64,000 nt of DNA from Octopus vulgaris (lineage: Eukaryota), in NCBI GenBank assembly GCA_951406725.2, contig OX597831.1, positions 57,970,001 to 58,034,000 of the forward strand, given 5' to 3'. The position numbers and the translations under genes were made by a program. Below the pieces are notes generated by a model. The model was given only the letters and a program-made list of their open reading frames with translations. It was not told the DNA's origin and searched no databases. Positions 25,862-38,747 of this stretch are shown piece by piece (position 1 is the first letter of the stretch; each line of letters opens with the position of its first letter).

Positions 25862-26172
25862 TGTGGAGGCACATGGCCTAGTGATTAGAGCATCAGATTC
25901 GTGGTCGAGGGATCTCGGGTTTGAATCTCAGACCAGACGATGTGTGTGTTTATGAGCGAAACACCTAAGCTCCACGTGTCTCCGGCAGAAGGTAATGGCG
26001 AAACTTCTGCTGACTCTTTCGCCACAACTTTCTCTCACTCTTTCCTCCTGAATCTTGCAGCTCACCTGTGACAGACCGGTGTCACGTCCAGGTGGGGAAC
26101 CTATACGCCAAGATACCGGGAAACTGGCCCTTATGAGCCAGGCATGGCTCGAGAAGAAACAAACAACAAAAA
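25862..26172 (+). mobile_element. SINE family C with ~15-bp TSD
   Basis: TSD acagtactgaatgtg at 25849-25863 and 26173-26187. Confidence 0.9.
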
Positions 26173-26529
26173 ACAGTACTGAATGTGGTCCACTCTGTTG
26201 ACCACCCTGCACTATCAATTATAGTCCTCCCCTCATTGACTGTAGTTTATACAATTGAATGTAGCATACAATTTTGAGTTTACTTCTGAGTATATTTCAC
26301 ATGACTGATAGTAGTTCACAGTGTTGACTGTAGCCCACACTATTGTCATTATCCCATGCTATTTACAGGATTTGAAATGATTGACTTTATATCACACTAT
26401 TGGCTCTATCAAATGTCATTGACTATCGAATGTCATTGACTATCAAATGTCATTGACTATCGAATGTCATTGTAACCTACACTACTGAATATATTCCACA
26501 TTATTGAAAGTGTACTACACTATATAGAC

Positions 26530-26825
26530 CAGTGGTTCCCGAAGTGGGTGGTATTGCCCCACCACTCTTAGGGATGGTGGAAAGGTCCAGGGGTTGTGAA
26601 GAAAAGTGAGGTGATAATGGGGTGGTCAAAAGATGGCACTGGTTGTAAAAACAATAAAATAATAGATTAATTAAGTTAAGTTATATTTGTGAAATTCTGA
26701 TGTTTGGAACTTGCTGCAGAAAATGGTCAACTTCTGTGGTGGTGAGTGTGTGTGAAGTGGGGGGTTGCTCAAAATGTACCCTGGATGCCAAGGGGCGGCA
26801 GCCTGAAAATGTTTGGTAGCTACTG
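26530..26825. mobile_element. hAT (Charlie-like) MITE
   Basis: cagtggttccc...ggtagctactg termini; imperfect 8-bp TSD atatagac/caatagac. Confidence 0.7.
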
Positions 26826-27462
26826 CAATAGACTGTATCCCATATCATTGACAATATCCCACAGCATTGGCTGTATCCTATAATATTGATTGTAAACCAA
26901 TTCTACTGACTGTAGGCCATGCAAGCAACTAATTCCATTCACAGTTCTTCAGATAATCAGTATAGCCACACTTTACGGCCACTTTGATCATCTCCATTGA
27001 ATTGTTTACCAGTTATAAAGTGGGAAATGGAATTATGAATCAATTGTCCATCCATATTTTCTATTTGATTATATCCAATAACTGGGTAGATGATCAACTC
27101 TATTAAGTTTAGGGAAAGTTAATATTTGCTTTTGTCTTATTCATATAATAAGGTTAATTAAGTGAAGCAGTTCATAGCTGGAATCTAAACTTGGCTGTTA
27201 ATTCTGGAAGCTGTCCAAGTGTTTGCCTTTACTATATAAAACTCACTAATATATACAGGTCTAAGCAGAAAAAGTGGGCCAGCTGGCACGAGCCTATGAT
27301 TTTGAGAAGGCTTTTTCCCCTGCCCCTGTCAGATGCAAAGGCAAATCCTTTAGTAAAGAATTCTCTATTTTTTTTAATAAATCTTCTTTGTGTTTTTTTT
27401 ATTGTTATGTTACTCATTAGTACGTCATGTATAATACATGTACATGTATATATTCTGTAACC

Positions 27463-28422
27463 CAGTGACCTCCAACCTTTTTTTATACCACAGACCAGCT
27501 TTATGTCAGACAATTTTTCCATGAACTGGCTGCGGCACATATGTGTAATTTAAGTGCATTTTGATAAAGAGAGCAATTTATTAAATGGGAGAAAAAGTGT
27601 ATAATCTTTTGACTCGTGTACCAAAACTCTTTAAAATCTGAAGTTTAGTAGGGATTAGAAAATCAGTTGAAAATTATTACAAATGAGCAAAACGTCCCCC
27701 TGTCCAAAGGACGGTGCTGAGTTGTCAAACATTTAAACCAAATTTTCTCAAAACAATTTGTCCGACCGTCCCATAGGCCTCCCTTTGAGAAACACTGATT
27801 TAACCTAAATTTGAGGCACCAGCAAAAAAAGAAATAAAGATAGACTTTTTTTTATTCTGAAGAAAAACGATTTTATTCATACAAATATGCAACCGAAGAG
27901 TTTAAAGTACCAGTAAGTACATTGCAACAGATGATGTACTTGCACATACAAATGCACGTTCTCACGGCTTTATCGATTGCATTCTCACCTGGAATCGATT
28001 TTTGTAATTTTTTCAAGACTTATACACGCCCTGATACCGTTGGTATCTACATATCAAATTTGAGTGTAATTGGATAGAGGATGCCCGTGATCCTAGAAGA
28101 CACACAAACAGACAGAACGGATTTTATATAATAGATAAATAGAAAATATACATGGATTGTAAAATGTGCTTACAGTTATATGATAGATAATAAAGGTAGA
28201 CATAAAATATGCATTAATTATAAAAATATACATTAATTATAAAATGTAATTACAGTTATGATAGATGAATATTGAATATTGAAACAAATCTTTTAAAATT
28301 AAAGTCTAATATTCAATTTATCTGTTATATAATCTTAAACAAGTTAATCATTTCTATGTGACCCAGTGACAAATGACCCATGGACCAGTACTGGTCTGCG
28401 GCCTGATGGTTGGGGACCTCCG
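27463..28422. mobile_element. hAT (MER1/Charlie-like) non-autonomous element with a nested insertion
   Basis: cagtgacctccaacc...ggttggggacctccg; perfect 8-bp TSD ctgtaacc at 27455-62 and 28423-30. Confidence 0.85.
27680..28135 (+). mobile_element. Possible Helitron/Helentron-type non-autonomous element nested in the hAT element
   Basis: 3' end caaatttgag...cacacaaacagacagaacggattttatataatagat resembles DINE-1/HINE-like ends; small 5' hairpin cgtcc..ggacg. Confidence 0.4.
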
Positions 28423-28627
28423 CTGTAACCCATAAATAAATTATAGGTATTTAGCACTGATTATTAGGATATTTAATGAGCAGTTTGAAATGTACTTACA
28501 TTTCAGACCTTACCTAAAGTATTTCCAGTTCAAATAGAGCCTGTATTTCATATTTGACCAGGGCCTGTTACAGGCTGAACTATATGACAGTAAGGCTAAA
28601 AATCCCCACAAACAGCTGGTTTTGGTA

Positions 28628-29370
28628 CAGTGTTTCTCAACCTATTTTCTCCCAGGCTCCACAATAATTTTCCAGAAAAATGTATGCACCACTGGTGGTA
28701 GGGGAAAAGCAACTTTGTTTTTAATATTTTATTACAAAATGTGGTGAGCTGGCAGAAGTGTTAGCACGCTGGGCGAAATGCTTAGAGGCATTTTGCCTGT
28801 CTTTATGTTCTGAGTTCAAATTCTGCCGAGGTCAGCCTTGCCTTTCATCTTTACAGGGTCAATAAATTGAATACCAGTTGTGTACTGGGGTCAATCTAAT
28901 CGATTGGTCCCCTCCCCTGAAATTTCAGGCTTTGTGCCTAGAGTAGAAAAGAATATTTTATCATAATTTTATTACATAAGGAAAAGACATCGCATAATTA
29001 TAAAGCAAAAAAAAAAAAAATAATGCTCTAAGTGATTTTCATCCCCTGGGGGAAATTTCTCCCTTCCTTCTATTTCTTAGCAAACTCTCTCTTTCTCTCT
29101 GCTTCTTACTCAGAAAGCAACTGTAGATGGCAACACCAACAGTTGGCAGTCAAATTTCACACGTTTATCACAATTATTTACTACAAAAGAATCTACAGTT
29201 AACTCTTTTATGAAGTACTGAGTACAAAAACAAAAAGTACATTATTGATTAAGAAAAAAATGCAAATCACTTTAATTAAAACCTTGTGCCTGGTGATTAC
29301 AGTACCATGCTCCACCACAATTTTCTTAGGCCCCAATGGTGGGGCATAGGCCCCAGGTTGGAATTCACTG
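28628..29370. mobile_element. hAT-like element containing a SINE A copy (28741-28955)
   Basis: cagtgtttctcaacc...ggttggaattcactg termini; TSD not conserved. Confidence 0.55.
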
Positions 29371-29652
29371 AACTAGATGAATATATTTTATTGAATATCT
29401 TGACCACTTAGTAATGGGAGTTTACTGTTAAGTTACTTTTAAACCATGCACGAATTGTTGATTAGAGAAATGTGGTGCAGTTGGTTATTGAGCACTCAAC
29501 GTTTTACTAATCCTAATTCATTCCTAAATCTCATTCATATCTCATCCTACCATCTTGTAAGACTTAATGAAATATAGTGACATACCAAAAGACAGGATCT
29601 GATTGGCTGGAATGTTTTTGATCACAGGTCTACTTGATATATATATGTATGT

Positions 29653-29703
<51 letters not shown>

Positions 29704-29761
29704 CGTGTGTGTGTATTAGTGTGTGTATGTGTGTGTATGCATACATACATACATACATACG

Positions 29762-29797
<36 letters not shown>

Positions 29798-29975
29798 TAT
29801 ACATATATAAAAATTAGAAAAAACACCTTTTATCAATTCAAAATGAACAATTAAATTACACCATCTAGAAAATTACATATAATAGAAATATTAACAATAA
29901 AATAACAATGATATACCAATGATTAAGTAAATTGCAAAATAATAATAAAAACGTATAGATCTGGTATATGTTTTA

Positions 29976-30029
<54 letters not shown>

Positions 30030-30089
30030 TTTATTATACACACACATACACACACATATATATATATATCATAGACTATCTTGTTGTTA

Positions 30090-30358
30090 GACAATGTATG
30101 AGGGTTCTGCAATTTCTTTCTGAACAACCACACAGAAGATTTGTTTATAGTGATCAAATGTTTGTGTTCACATAAGCTCACTCCTTCCATCAAATTGACA
30201 CTACCTGTACAGGTGCACAATCTGCCACATGTCAGATGACGAACTGTTAGATGAAGTGTTTGGCTCAAGAACACAACACAGTGCCCAGTCTGGGAATTGA
30301 AACTACAGTCAAGAAATCATGGGTACAACACCCTAACCACTAAGCCATGTGCCTTCAC
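30090..30358 (-). mobile_element. tRNA/CORE-like SINE
   Basis: Minus head gaaggcacatggcttagtggttagggtg..ttcaattcccag, then ttgtgttcttgagc. Confidence 0.7.
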
Positions 30359-31445
30359 ACACACACACACACACACACACAAACATTTAGGTGTGTGTAT
30401 GTATGTGAGCGGGTGTATTTGTGTGTCTGTTAGCAACTTTAAGTTTCTTGCATCTGCATATTAATTGCCGTCACCCCAAGACCAAGCTTTATGTAGCAGC
30501 ATTTGTTAAACCAAGCAATTAAATAGAACCACTCATGATCATAGCTACCTGTTACACTGTTAGCTCATTATTACATAGTGTTTCGTGCTTGGAGTCAAAC
30601 TCCATACTTAATCATGTGAACTCCAGCATGGTCGGATGGCATAGATTCCTACCTCATTGGAACTTGTACCACCAACCATCCTTACCTGAAGATTGCTCCC
30701 TCCTTCAGGTATGAGTCTCTGACTAATAAGATATGAAGTTATCTGAACTAATACAGACAATTAATTTATTTTGTCCCACAAATTGAGCACTTTACAATTT
30801 GTCCATAAATGTGTGTGTGTGTGTAAGTGAGAGTGTGAATTAGAGAGTGTCAGAGGATGTATGTGCTGTTATTCTTAGTCTAACGAATTCATTATCTTTC
30901 TTCATAAGAATATTTTAAAATTCTTCCTTATCATGCTAACGAAGCATTTTTAGTGAGTAATCTTCCCTACTTCTCTCTCTCACTCTGTTTTATGTAAGTC
31001 CTTCCTCATCACTATATATGCATAGATAAAGAAAGAAAGATATGCATACATACATATATATACTTATATGTATATATATGAATATATATATATGTGTGTA
31101 TGTGTGTGTGTATGCATTGCACATTTTACTGTCACTAAAATGTGTAGCTAAAGATAAATGTTTATTTCAAGCTGAACTGCACAACAAATATTCTATTTCC
31201 TCTACTTAGAATCGGTGAGTAATATTCATAAAAGAAATAAGATAATATTTTCTATTCTTTAAAAAAAGAAATAGTTTTACATGAGTGGCTTCCTTCTAGC
31301 TGAAGTGGGATGGTCTTCTCACTTCAAGAAAATTATTTTTTTTTTACGACAGAGATGAATACAGGTATATAAAATAACATGCAACATAAATTCTTGATTT
31401 ATTAAAATTTTTTCTGCCTCTAGATGATGTATCATAATTACCAAA

Positions 31446-31826
31446 TAGGCGTAGGAGTGGCTGTGTAAGTAGCTTGCATACCAACATGGTTCCGGGTTCA
31501 GTCCCACTGCATAGCACCTTGGGCAAGTGTCTTCTACTATAGCCTCAGGCCGACCAAAGCCTTGTGATTGGATTTGGTAGACGGAAACTGAATGAAGCCT
31601 GTCGTATATATGTGTATATATATATGTTTGTGTGTCTGTGTTTGTCTCCCCAACATCGCTTGACAACTGATGGTGGTGTGTTTATGTCCCCATCACTTAG
31701 CAATTCTGCAAGAGAGGCCAATAGAATAAGTACTAGGCTTATAAAGAAAAAGTCCTGGGGTCGATTTACTCGACTAAAGGCGGTGCTCCAGCATGGTCAC
31801 AGTCAAATAAAAGAATAAAAGAATAA
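31446..31826 (+). mobile_element. SINE family B
   Basis: taggcgtaggagtggctgtg...aaaagaataaaagaat. Confidence 0.88.
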
Positions 31827-31962
31827 ATGGTATATGTTTCTGCCTGAATTGGCATTATCAGCTTGACAATGTTCTTAATCTATCTCCAGCTGTCAAGAGG
31901 CTTAGACTTATGCATGAAGAGTTGAACACATTTTTGGCATAGGTAATTTACATAATTTAAAC

Positions 31963-32103
31963 AAGCATGAGCTAAGAAAAATAACTCAGAAGAGCTAGTG
32001 GCATGTATTTGGACAACATAGACAAATACAAATATATCATATTTGTCCGTTGTTCAAATACATACCACTGGTCTCTCTAAGTTATTTTTATTAGCTAATG
32101 CTT
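31963..32103. repeat. Imperfect ~140-bp palindrome (old MITE-like)
   Basis: aagcatgagcta..agtggcatgtatttggacaac..gacaaata / tatttgtc.gttgttcaaatacataccact..tagctaatgctt. Confidence 0.7.
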
Positions 32104-32937
32104 CTATTTTTTATGACTGGATGCTAACCATTCAACTGTGATGTAGTAGTGGACCTTACCTTTTTTTTTTTATCACTCATCAGTTAAGGGTTCTGTGTCT
32201 TTGCTCAAGAAGTCAACCTGATTAGCTATCTCTAGATTTGTAAATATAACCATAAGATTACATCATATGTAAACAAGCATAAGTTAGTTTTTGAAGCATT
32301 GAAATGTATTGTAGAACAAGTACAACGATAAATTATTTTCAACATGTAAATACTGAACAGTATATGTAAGGGATAAAATCTTTCTAAGAGCAGAAAAATT
32401 TACTGGCAACCACTCATGCTGGTTGCCGGAAAAAAATTTATCTTTCTACTTGTTCTATAACCATAAGATTAAAATTCCAGTAACTTAAACACTGGAATAA
32501 TAATTTTCATTATTTCAGCCCAGGCCTGTGGATGGACAGAATCTGTAGAACGACAGACAAAGGGTGGCAGACAAAATCATTTGTAGTATTCAGTTGTACC
32601 TCTGTACTGGTACCTGTACTGGAGCTGGTGTGCTAACTGCTATTTCTAGCATCAGAGGTTGTACACAGAAAATGTTGTACATAGAAGATGATGAGATCTG
32701 TTGAGATTTTTACAAATTAACTTTTATTCTTTTTGTATACAAGCAAAATACAAATACTGTTGTTATTATGACTGACAAACATTGAGAGAGTCTGGATGTT
32801 ATTGTTCTTGGTGTAGTTGTAATAGTAGTCAAAAACTTAACTACTAGACATTGTGTTGCTGTCACCAGTTGTTCATTAAGTTGATGTCAGCTCAGTTCAA
32901 CAGCTGCCCACATCTGTTCACTGATTGTCTGTTGTGC

Positions 32938-33342
32938 TGTTTCTGCTGTCTCATATGCTGTCTCTGTTGCATTCCAAAGCTCTCTGTCTGGTAGTCGTGG
33001 TGTGTTAATTTTATACTGACTGATGGGCTCAGAAAAGAGTCTGCCAAAAGTTGAAAAAGATGAATGAACACACAATGCTCATATGCACACTGAATTCATA
33101 AAACTGAAATTGTGTTTTTATTCTTCTCTTCCACTTTATTTTGACATGCGCATTGTGTTTTTATTCTTCTTTTCTGTTTTATGAATTCAGTGTGCATATG
33201 AGCATTGTGTGTTCATTCATCTTTTTCAACTTTTGGCAGACTCTTTTCTGAGCCCATCAATCAGTATAAAATTAACACACCACGACTACCAGACAGAGAG
33301 CTTTCGAATGCAACAGAGACAGCATATGAGACAGCAGAAACA
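32938..33342. repeat. Near-perfect inverted repeat, 172-bp arms and ~61-nt loop
   Basis: 32938-33109 is the reverse complement of 33171-33342, about three mismatches by eye. Confidence 0.93.
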
Positions 33343-33509
33343 TGATGGTCTGCATGCCACATCTGACACCTCTATCACACAGCTTTGCTGCAATTTTCTT
33401 GTTTTTAATTTGTATCTTTTTAATTAGTTAGGTTTTAAGTAAGGAGTGGTGGCCATAGGATCTTCATGCCCTCTGGGATGGGTGAAATTGAAGCTGTTTT
33501 ATTAAAATT

Positions 33510-34075
33510 GTTGCAAGTTGATGACTGCAGGAATGACATGTACAGAGAAGGAATCCTTGCAGGGCAATATTCTGGGGAGAAATGACTGGGTAGAGTGAGT
33601 AGTGGGGCTTGTGAGCTTGGTAACAACATGTGTGATGACAGGAGGTAAAATAAATGAGTTAAGAATGCCTGGGTGAAGTTAACAGAAACTAGCCATCTCT
33701 GATAAGCAAAGGCTGTTGTCATTGTAGTAGCAAAAAAAGACTGGGAAAGGAGACAGAGGTTGGTGTGAGTCTGTGAGTGATTCATATATTACATGTAATG
33801 AAAGGAGCACATGACTGTGGGTAAGAAATGTGTAGGGAAGGATACCTAGAGGGCTAATATTCCATAAAGAAAAATGACATGATGTAATGGCCAGTGGGGG
33901 CCTGTGAGTTTGGAAACAAGATGGGTGATGAGAAGAAGTTAAAATGACTGACTGGGTTGAGTTAACATTAGAGCAACCATTGTCACAGTGGTAATAAAAA
34001 ACGATAGAGAAAGGAGACAATTAATCTGTGGGCCAGACACTGGTGTGTGTCTGTGAGTGGTCAGTAGATTCCAGA
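33510..34075. repeat. Old ~280-bp tandem duplication
   Basis: gtggggcttgtgagcttggtaacaac / gtgggggcctgtgagtttggaaacaag, plus gaaaggagaca and tctgtgagtg, repeated at similar spacing. Confidence 0.6.
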
Positions 34076-34091
34076 TAGCAAAAGAAATACA

Positions 34092-34280
34092 TATTTCTTT
34101 ACTACCCACAAGGGGCTAAACACAGAGAGGACAAACAAGGACAGACAAATGGATTAAGTCGATTACATCGACCCCAATGCGTAACTGGTACTAAATTTAT
34201 CGACCCTGAAAGAATGAAAGGCAAAGTCGACCTCGGCGGAATTTGAACTCAGAACGTAATGGCAGATGAAATACGGCTAC
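34092..34280 (-). mobile_element. SINE family A
   Basis: Inverse copy, tatttctttactacccacaagggg...gaaatacggctac. Confidence 0.85.
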
Positions 34281-35847
34281 GCTTATAATTTAAACAGTTA
34301 TAATCTAACACGAGCACCTAACGTTTCTGTGTTTTCTCTGGGTAATAACAAGTTGTTGTTGTTGTTTAGTCGTAGGTCTGCTTTCATTAATCAAACATAT
34401 CAAGTGCCACATAAAAAGCACTCAGTACACTCTATGGAGTGGTTGGCATTAGGAAGGGAATTCAGCTGTAAAAACCTTGCCAAAACAGACAGTGAAGCTT
34501 GGTGCAGTCCTCTGGCTTGCCAAGCACCCATCAAACCATGCAACCTATACCAGCATAGAAAACAAGCATTAAATGACAATGGCAATGATGACAATGATGA
34601 TGATGGCAATGATGATAATGGCGATGATGATGATTTTTTTGTATATCAAGGACAACATTGTTCAATGTGTCTTTCTGGTTTTAAGAGGTTAGGGAATGCT
34701 TCAAAGGTGGCTTGAAATTTGACTGCTATCTGGGCTGGATTAAGACCCTAAGCACTTAGAAGATTTTGATGCCCCACCATATAAGTATAATTCAAAATAT
34801 AAACAATAATAAACCATAAAATAAATTTTTAGTTTTCAAAATAAAACAAAACTAACAGTAAGATGGAAAATAATGTTTATTGGGTATTTCCGCTTAATAT
34901 TTGAAAAATTCTTCCCTTTTTTATTGCAAAGTGTTTGATCAGATTCTCAAAATTAATCTTATACAACACATCTGCTTCAATACTTAATAGAGATAAGACA
35001 TCCTGAACATTTTCATAGCAAGTTTACAGTGATTTCTTTTGTGCTGTAAACCAATTACCATTTCTGTGGCACATCTCCCTTCTTTTGATTGACTAAGCAT
35101 GTGTTTATTTTGCTTAATGGTTAATCCAGTGCCGACTGCTATTTGCAAAAAGCTCAGCAATAACACAAAAGCTTCTTTATTCTTTAAAAATTACACTACA
35201 GGTTTTATTTTTTCTCAGCCCCAAGTAAGGCCCAATTGAGCAAACCAATGATAAACATATTTCAGCTTCCTTTTTAGGGAAAACAGAGACCACATTAACA
35301 AATGTATGTTTTTGTATATTAAGAGAATGGTTTGTGATCTGAGGGAGAATTAGCTGCTATTTCCAGCATCTTTAATGACCACATAAAACCTCCTTAGGCA
35401 TATTCTACAGGTGCAAGAAATGCAATGACACCATTATACAGCCACTTATTTTTCTTTGTGGTGAAATATGTCATCCAAGAATTGTTTCTCTGGATTTATA
35501 TGCATCTATTTCTGTAAATGGTTTCTTTCAAGAAAAGAAGGAAAGAGATGATGGCAATGTTTAACAATAGAAGCACACAAACACACACACACACACACAC
35601 ACACATGCACACACACACACATGCATGCATATATATGCCACACATCTTTAAAAGACCAGAAATAAATTGGAGCTACTTCACATGGATAAATATGTCCTGA
35701 TATTCAAAGAATTCTACCTGAAATATGTGACCACTCTCTCTCTCTCTCTCTCTCTCTGTTATATATATATATGTAGATGTTCGTGTGTGTGTGTGTGCAT
35801 ATACATATATACATACACACACATACATACATACATACATACATACA

Positions 35848-35879
<32 letters not shown>

Positions 35880-35979
35880 CATACATATACATACATATAT
35901 ATATGTGTGTGGTATGTTGCACAGATATTATACATTAAACATGTATATATGTATTGTACATACATACATACATTTTTTT

Positions 35980-36305
35980 AAGACCCCCTTCAGTCATGAA
36001 TGACCATGGGATTGCACCTAGAAAGTTACCCTCCGAGGTACAAGTCCGGGCGGGCAAGATTGTTTATGAAAGACCAGCAGTCACCCATGCATACCAGCTT
36101 CCCTCTTCATGCCACCGATGTTAGGGAAAGGCTGATACAGCTTGGCATCACTGATGTCGCAACTCATTTCTACAGCTGAGTTAACTGGAGCAACATGAAA
36201 TAAAATGTCTTGCTCAAGAACGCAACACGCAGCCTGGTCAGGGAATCGAACTCACAACCTCACAATCGTAAGCTCGACACTCTAACCACTGAGCCATATG
36301 CCATC
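35980..36305 (-). mobile_element. tRNA(Arg)-like/CORE-like SINE
   Basis: Minus head atggctcagtggttagagtgtcgagcttacgattgtgaggttgtgagttcgattcc, then ttgagcaagacattttatttcatgttgctccagt. Confidence 0.85.
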
Positions 36306-36741
36306 ACTATACATATATACACACATACATACACACATACATACATTCATTCATACACACATACATACACACACACATACATACACACATACATACATAC
36401 ATACACACATACATACATACATACATTCATTCATACATACACACATACATACACACATACATACACATATACATACATACATACATACATACATACATAC
36501 ATACATACATACACACATACATATATACATACATATGTATACATACATATACACATATATGTGTGTGGTATGTTGCACAGATATTATACATTAAAGAGAA
36601 AGAGAGAGAGAGAGAGAGAAGAGAAAGAAAGAGAAGAAAGAGAGAGAAGCCACTCCCTAAAGAAAGGACCACTCACCATGCAACACCTACTCTTTAATTA
36701 AAACTTCAGGACCATAAACCCAATTTCCTTTCTCATCTTAA

Positions 36742-37484
36742 CCCTTTAGCATTTAAACAGGCCATATCCAGTCCAAATATACTACATGTTTTACATTCAA
36801 ACTGACTTGATCCAGTCTCTCATCCCTATTCTACAATGTCATTCTAAAAACATTCAATCACACCATTGAAATCTCAAAGCTGTGAGATAATGCATAATTA
36901 CCATAAATCCTCGAGTATAATCCGCATTTTTTCCCCAAAATTTAAAGGTCAAAATCCCTAGTGCATACTATATACGAGGTTAAAAATGAAAAATATTTTC
37001 TAAGCAACGTCCGAGTCGCTATTTGCTGTCTGGCAATGTTTAATCAGATGCATTTTGTGATGTCAGCTGCGAAAATACCTTAAGCTAAGCCTGAAAGCAA
37101 TGAAGTCTTTAAAAAATCATCCATAACTTGCAGTAAGCAACATTTATTAAAATAAAAAATATTCAGAACACAGAATAACATATAACAAAAACAATTTGCA
37201 AACACATTTACATTCCCATATAACAGTTAAGAACATCACCATTATTGTATTACGCATGCGCAGAAGTGTTTGTTCGACTAGGTGCTGCTGGCTTAATTAC
37301 GCATGACTCAAGTTAAAGAAGGGGTGCATATTATACATAAGGTTTAGTGTTTTCATAAGTACAGCCCCCTAAAAATCCCGTGCGTATTATACTCAAGGGC
37401 GGACTATACTCGAGGATTTACAGTAATTTAAAACAATGGGAATAAATATACCTTATATTTGACAATAATTTGAATACTAAAGGA
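36742..37484. mobile_element. piggyBac-type MITE hosting a nested TA-targeting MITE
   Basis: TTAA-ccctttagcatt...aatactaaagga-TTAA. Confidence 0.75.
36901..37423. mobile_element. Tc1/mariner-superfamily (pogo/Tc2-like) MITE
   Basis: TA-ccataaatcctcgagtata...tatactcgaggatttacag-TA with subterminal repeats. Confidence 0.85.
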
Positions 37485-38083
37485 TTAAAAGTAGGCTGAT
37501 TCGCTCATACCCCTTGTTCATACCAAAGTGTGAGATAGACATTAAAAGTAAGCATATTCTTGATGCCACCAGGACTATGGGGTTGTCTCAATGAGATTGC
37601 TGTCCTGAAGTAATTAACTGGCTCTGAAGCACTGCAAGTTCACTGAGTTTGATATTGTGGATGACAGTGTTGTAAGAAGCTTGCTTCCCAGCCACATGGT
37701 TCTGGGGTCAATCCCACTACATGGCACCTTGGGCGAATGACTTCTACTATAGCTTCGGGCCAACTAAAGCCTTAAGAGTAGATTTGGTAGATAGAAACTG
37801 AAAGAAGCTTGTCAGATATAATGTCGAACAGCCATACTGATGTGGCGATAAACATTACTTCTCAGTAAAGTAACTACTGATATTAATTTGATTAATATCA
37901 ATTTAAATGACTGAAACAAGTAAAAGAGTAAAAGAGTATATATCAAATTAAATACACAACTGAAAGAACTACTAATAGTTTCATACTATCATGATACTTG
38001 ATCAGGCATATTTATAAAATATGCCATTTATCTTAAAGCAATCTTCCAGACTCTGTTTATGCATTATAAATATATATATATAA

Positions 38084-38302
38084 GTAAATCATAATTATAA
38101 GCTTGCTTATACGCATTCACTGTATATTGGCTATAGAAAATAGTATAGTATTGGGCCATATAAGCCAACGATGGAAAAAAATTGGTCGTATACTAATACA
38201 AATTTTTTTCTATCAAGGGCTTATATACCTCAATATCAGATTATTTCTGTATTAGCCAATATACTGTGAATGCTTATAAGCAAACTTATTATTGTTATTT
38301 AC
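38084..38302. repeat. Imperfect ~220-bp palindrome (MITE-like)
   Basis: gcttatacgcattcactgtatattggcta / tagccaatatactgtgaatgcttataagc. Confidence 0.8.
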
Positions 38303-38747
38303 AACATTTTCACAGATCACCTTTGTTTAATTTAATGCAGAATATATCTGTCTATCTGTTTGTCTGTCTATCTATCTATACATATGTATGCAAATACATA
38401 TAATATATGTAGAATATACCCCAAAGTATCCAGTTGTTGGAGTTGTTGACTACCAAACAACAGAGAACTTCCCATCATTGATTCATTTGTGGTATGATAT
38501 TGGATTACTTAACAATCGGATTTACGTCATTCTGGCCAGCCAATAACTGTGGTGTGCTTCACTTCTGTATGCTTCGATCTGTTATGGATCCTCTGTAATC
38601 AAATATATGTATATAGATATATATATAAATAATATAAAGGTACATACATATGAATATATGTATGTATGTATCTATGTCTGTGTGAGTGTGTGTGTGTATA
38701 TTTATGTATCTATACACACACATGTATATATATATATATATATAAAT

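Larger units (their letters stand above)
25610..26920. repeat. Decayed ~19-21-bp minisatellite (approx. cacactattgactgtatcc) interrupted by two insertions
   Basis: Recurrent actattgactgta-like units; a young 17-bp x4 sub-array at ~26405-26472. Confidence 0.65.

Noticed and set aside
25610-26920. CRISPR-like periodic repeats
   Set aside because: Contiguous degenerate units without unique spacers, no cas genes, eukaryotic context
38560-38602. Another hammerhead-like hairpin (gatc..gatc-gaagc, minus strand)
   Set aside because: Core too degenerate to support
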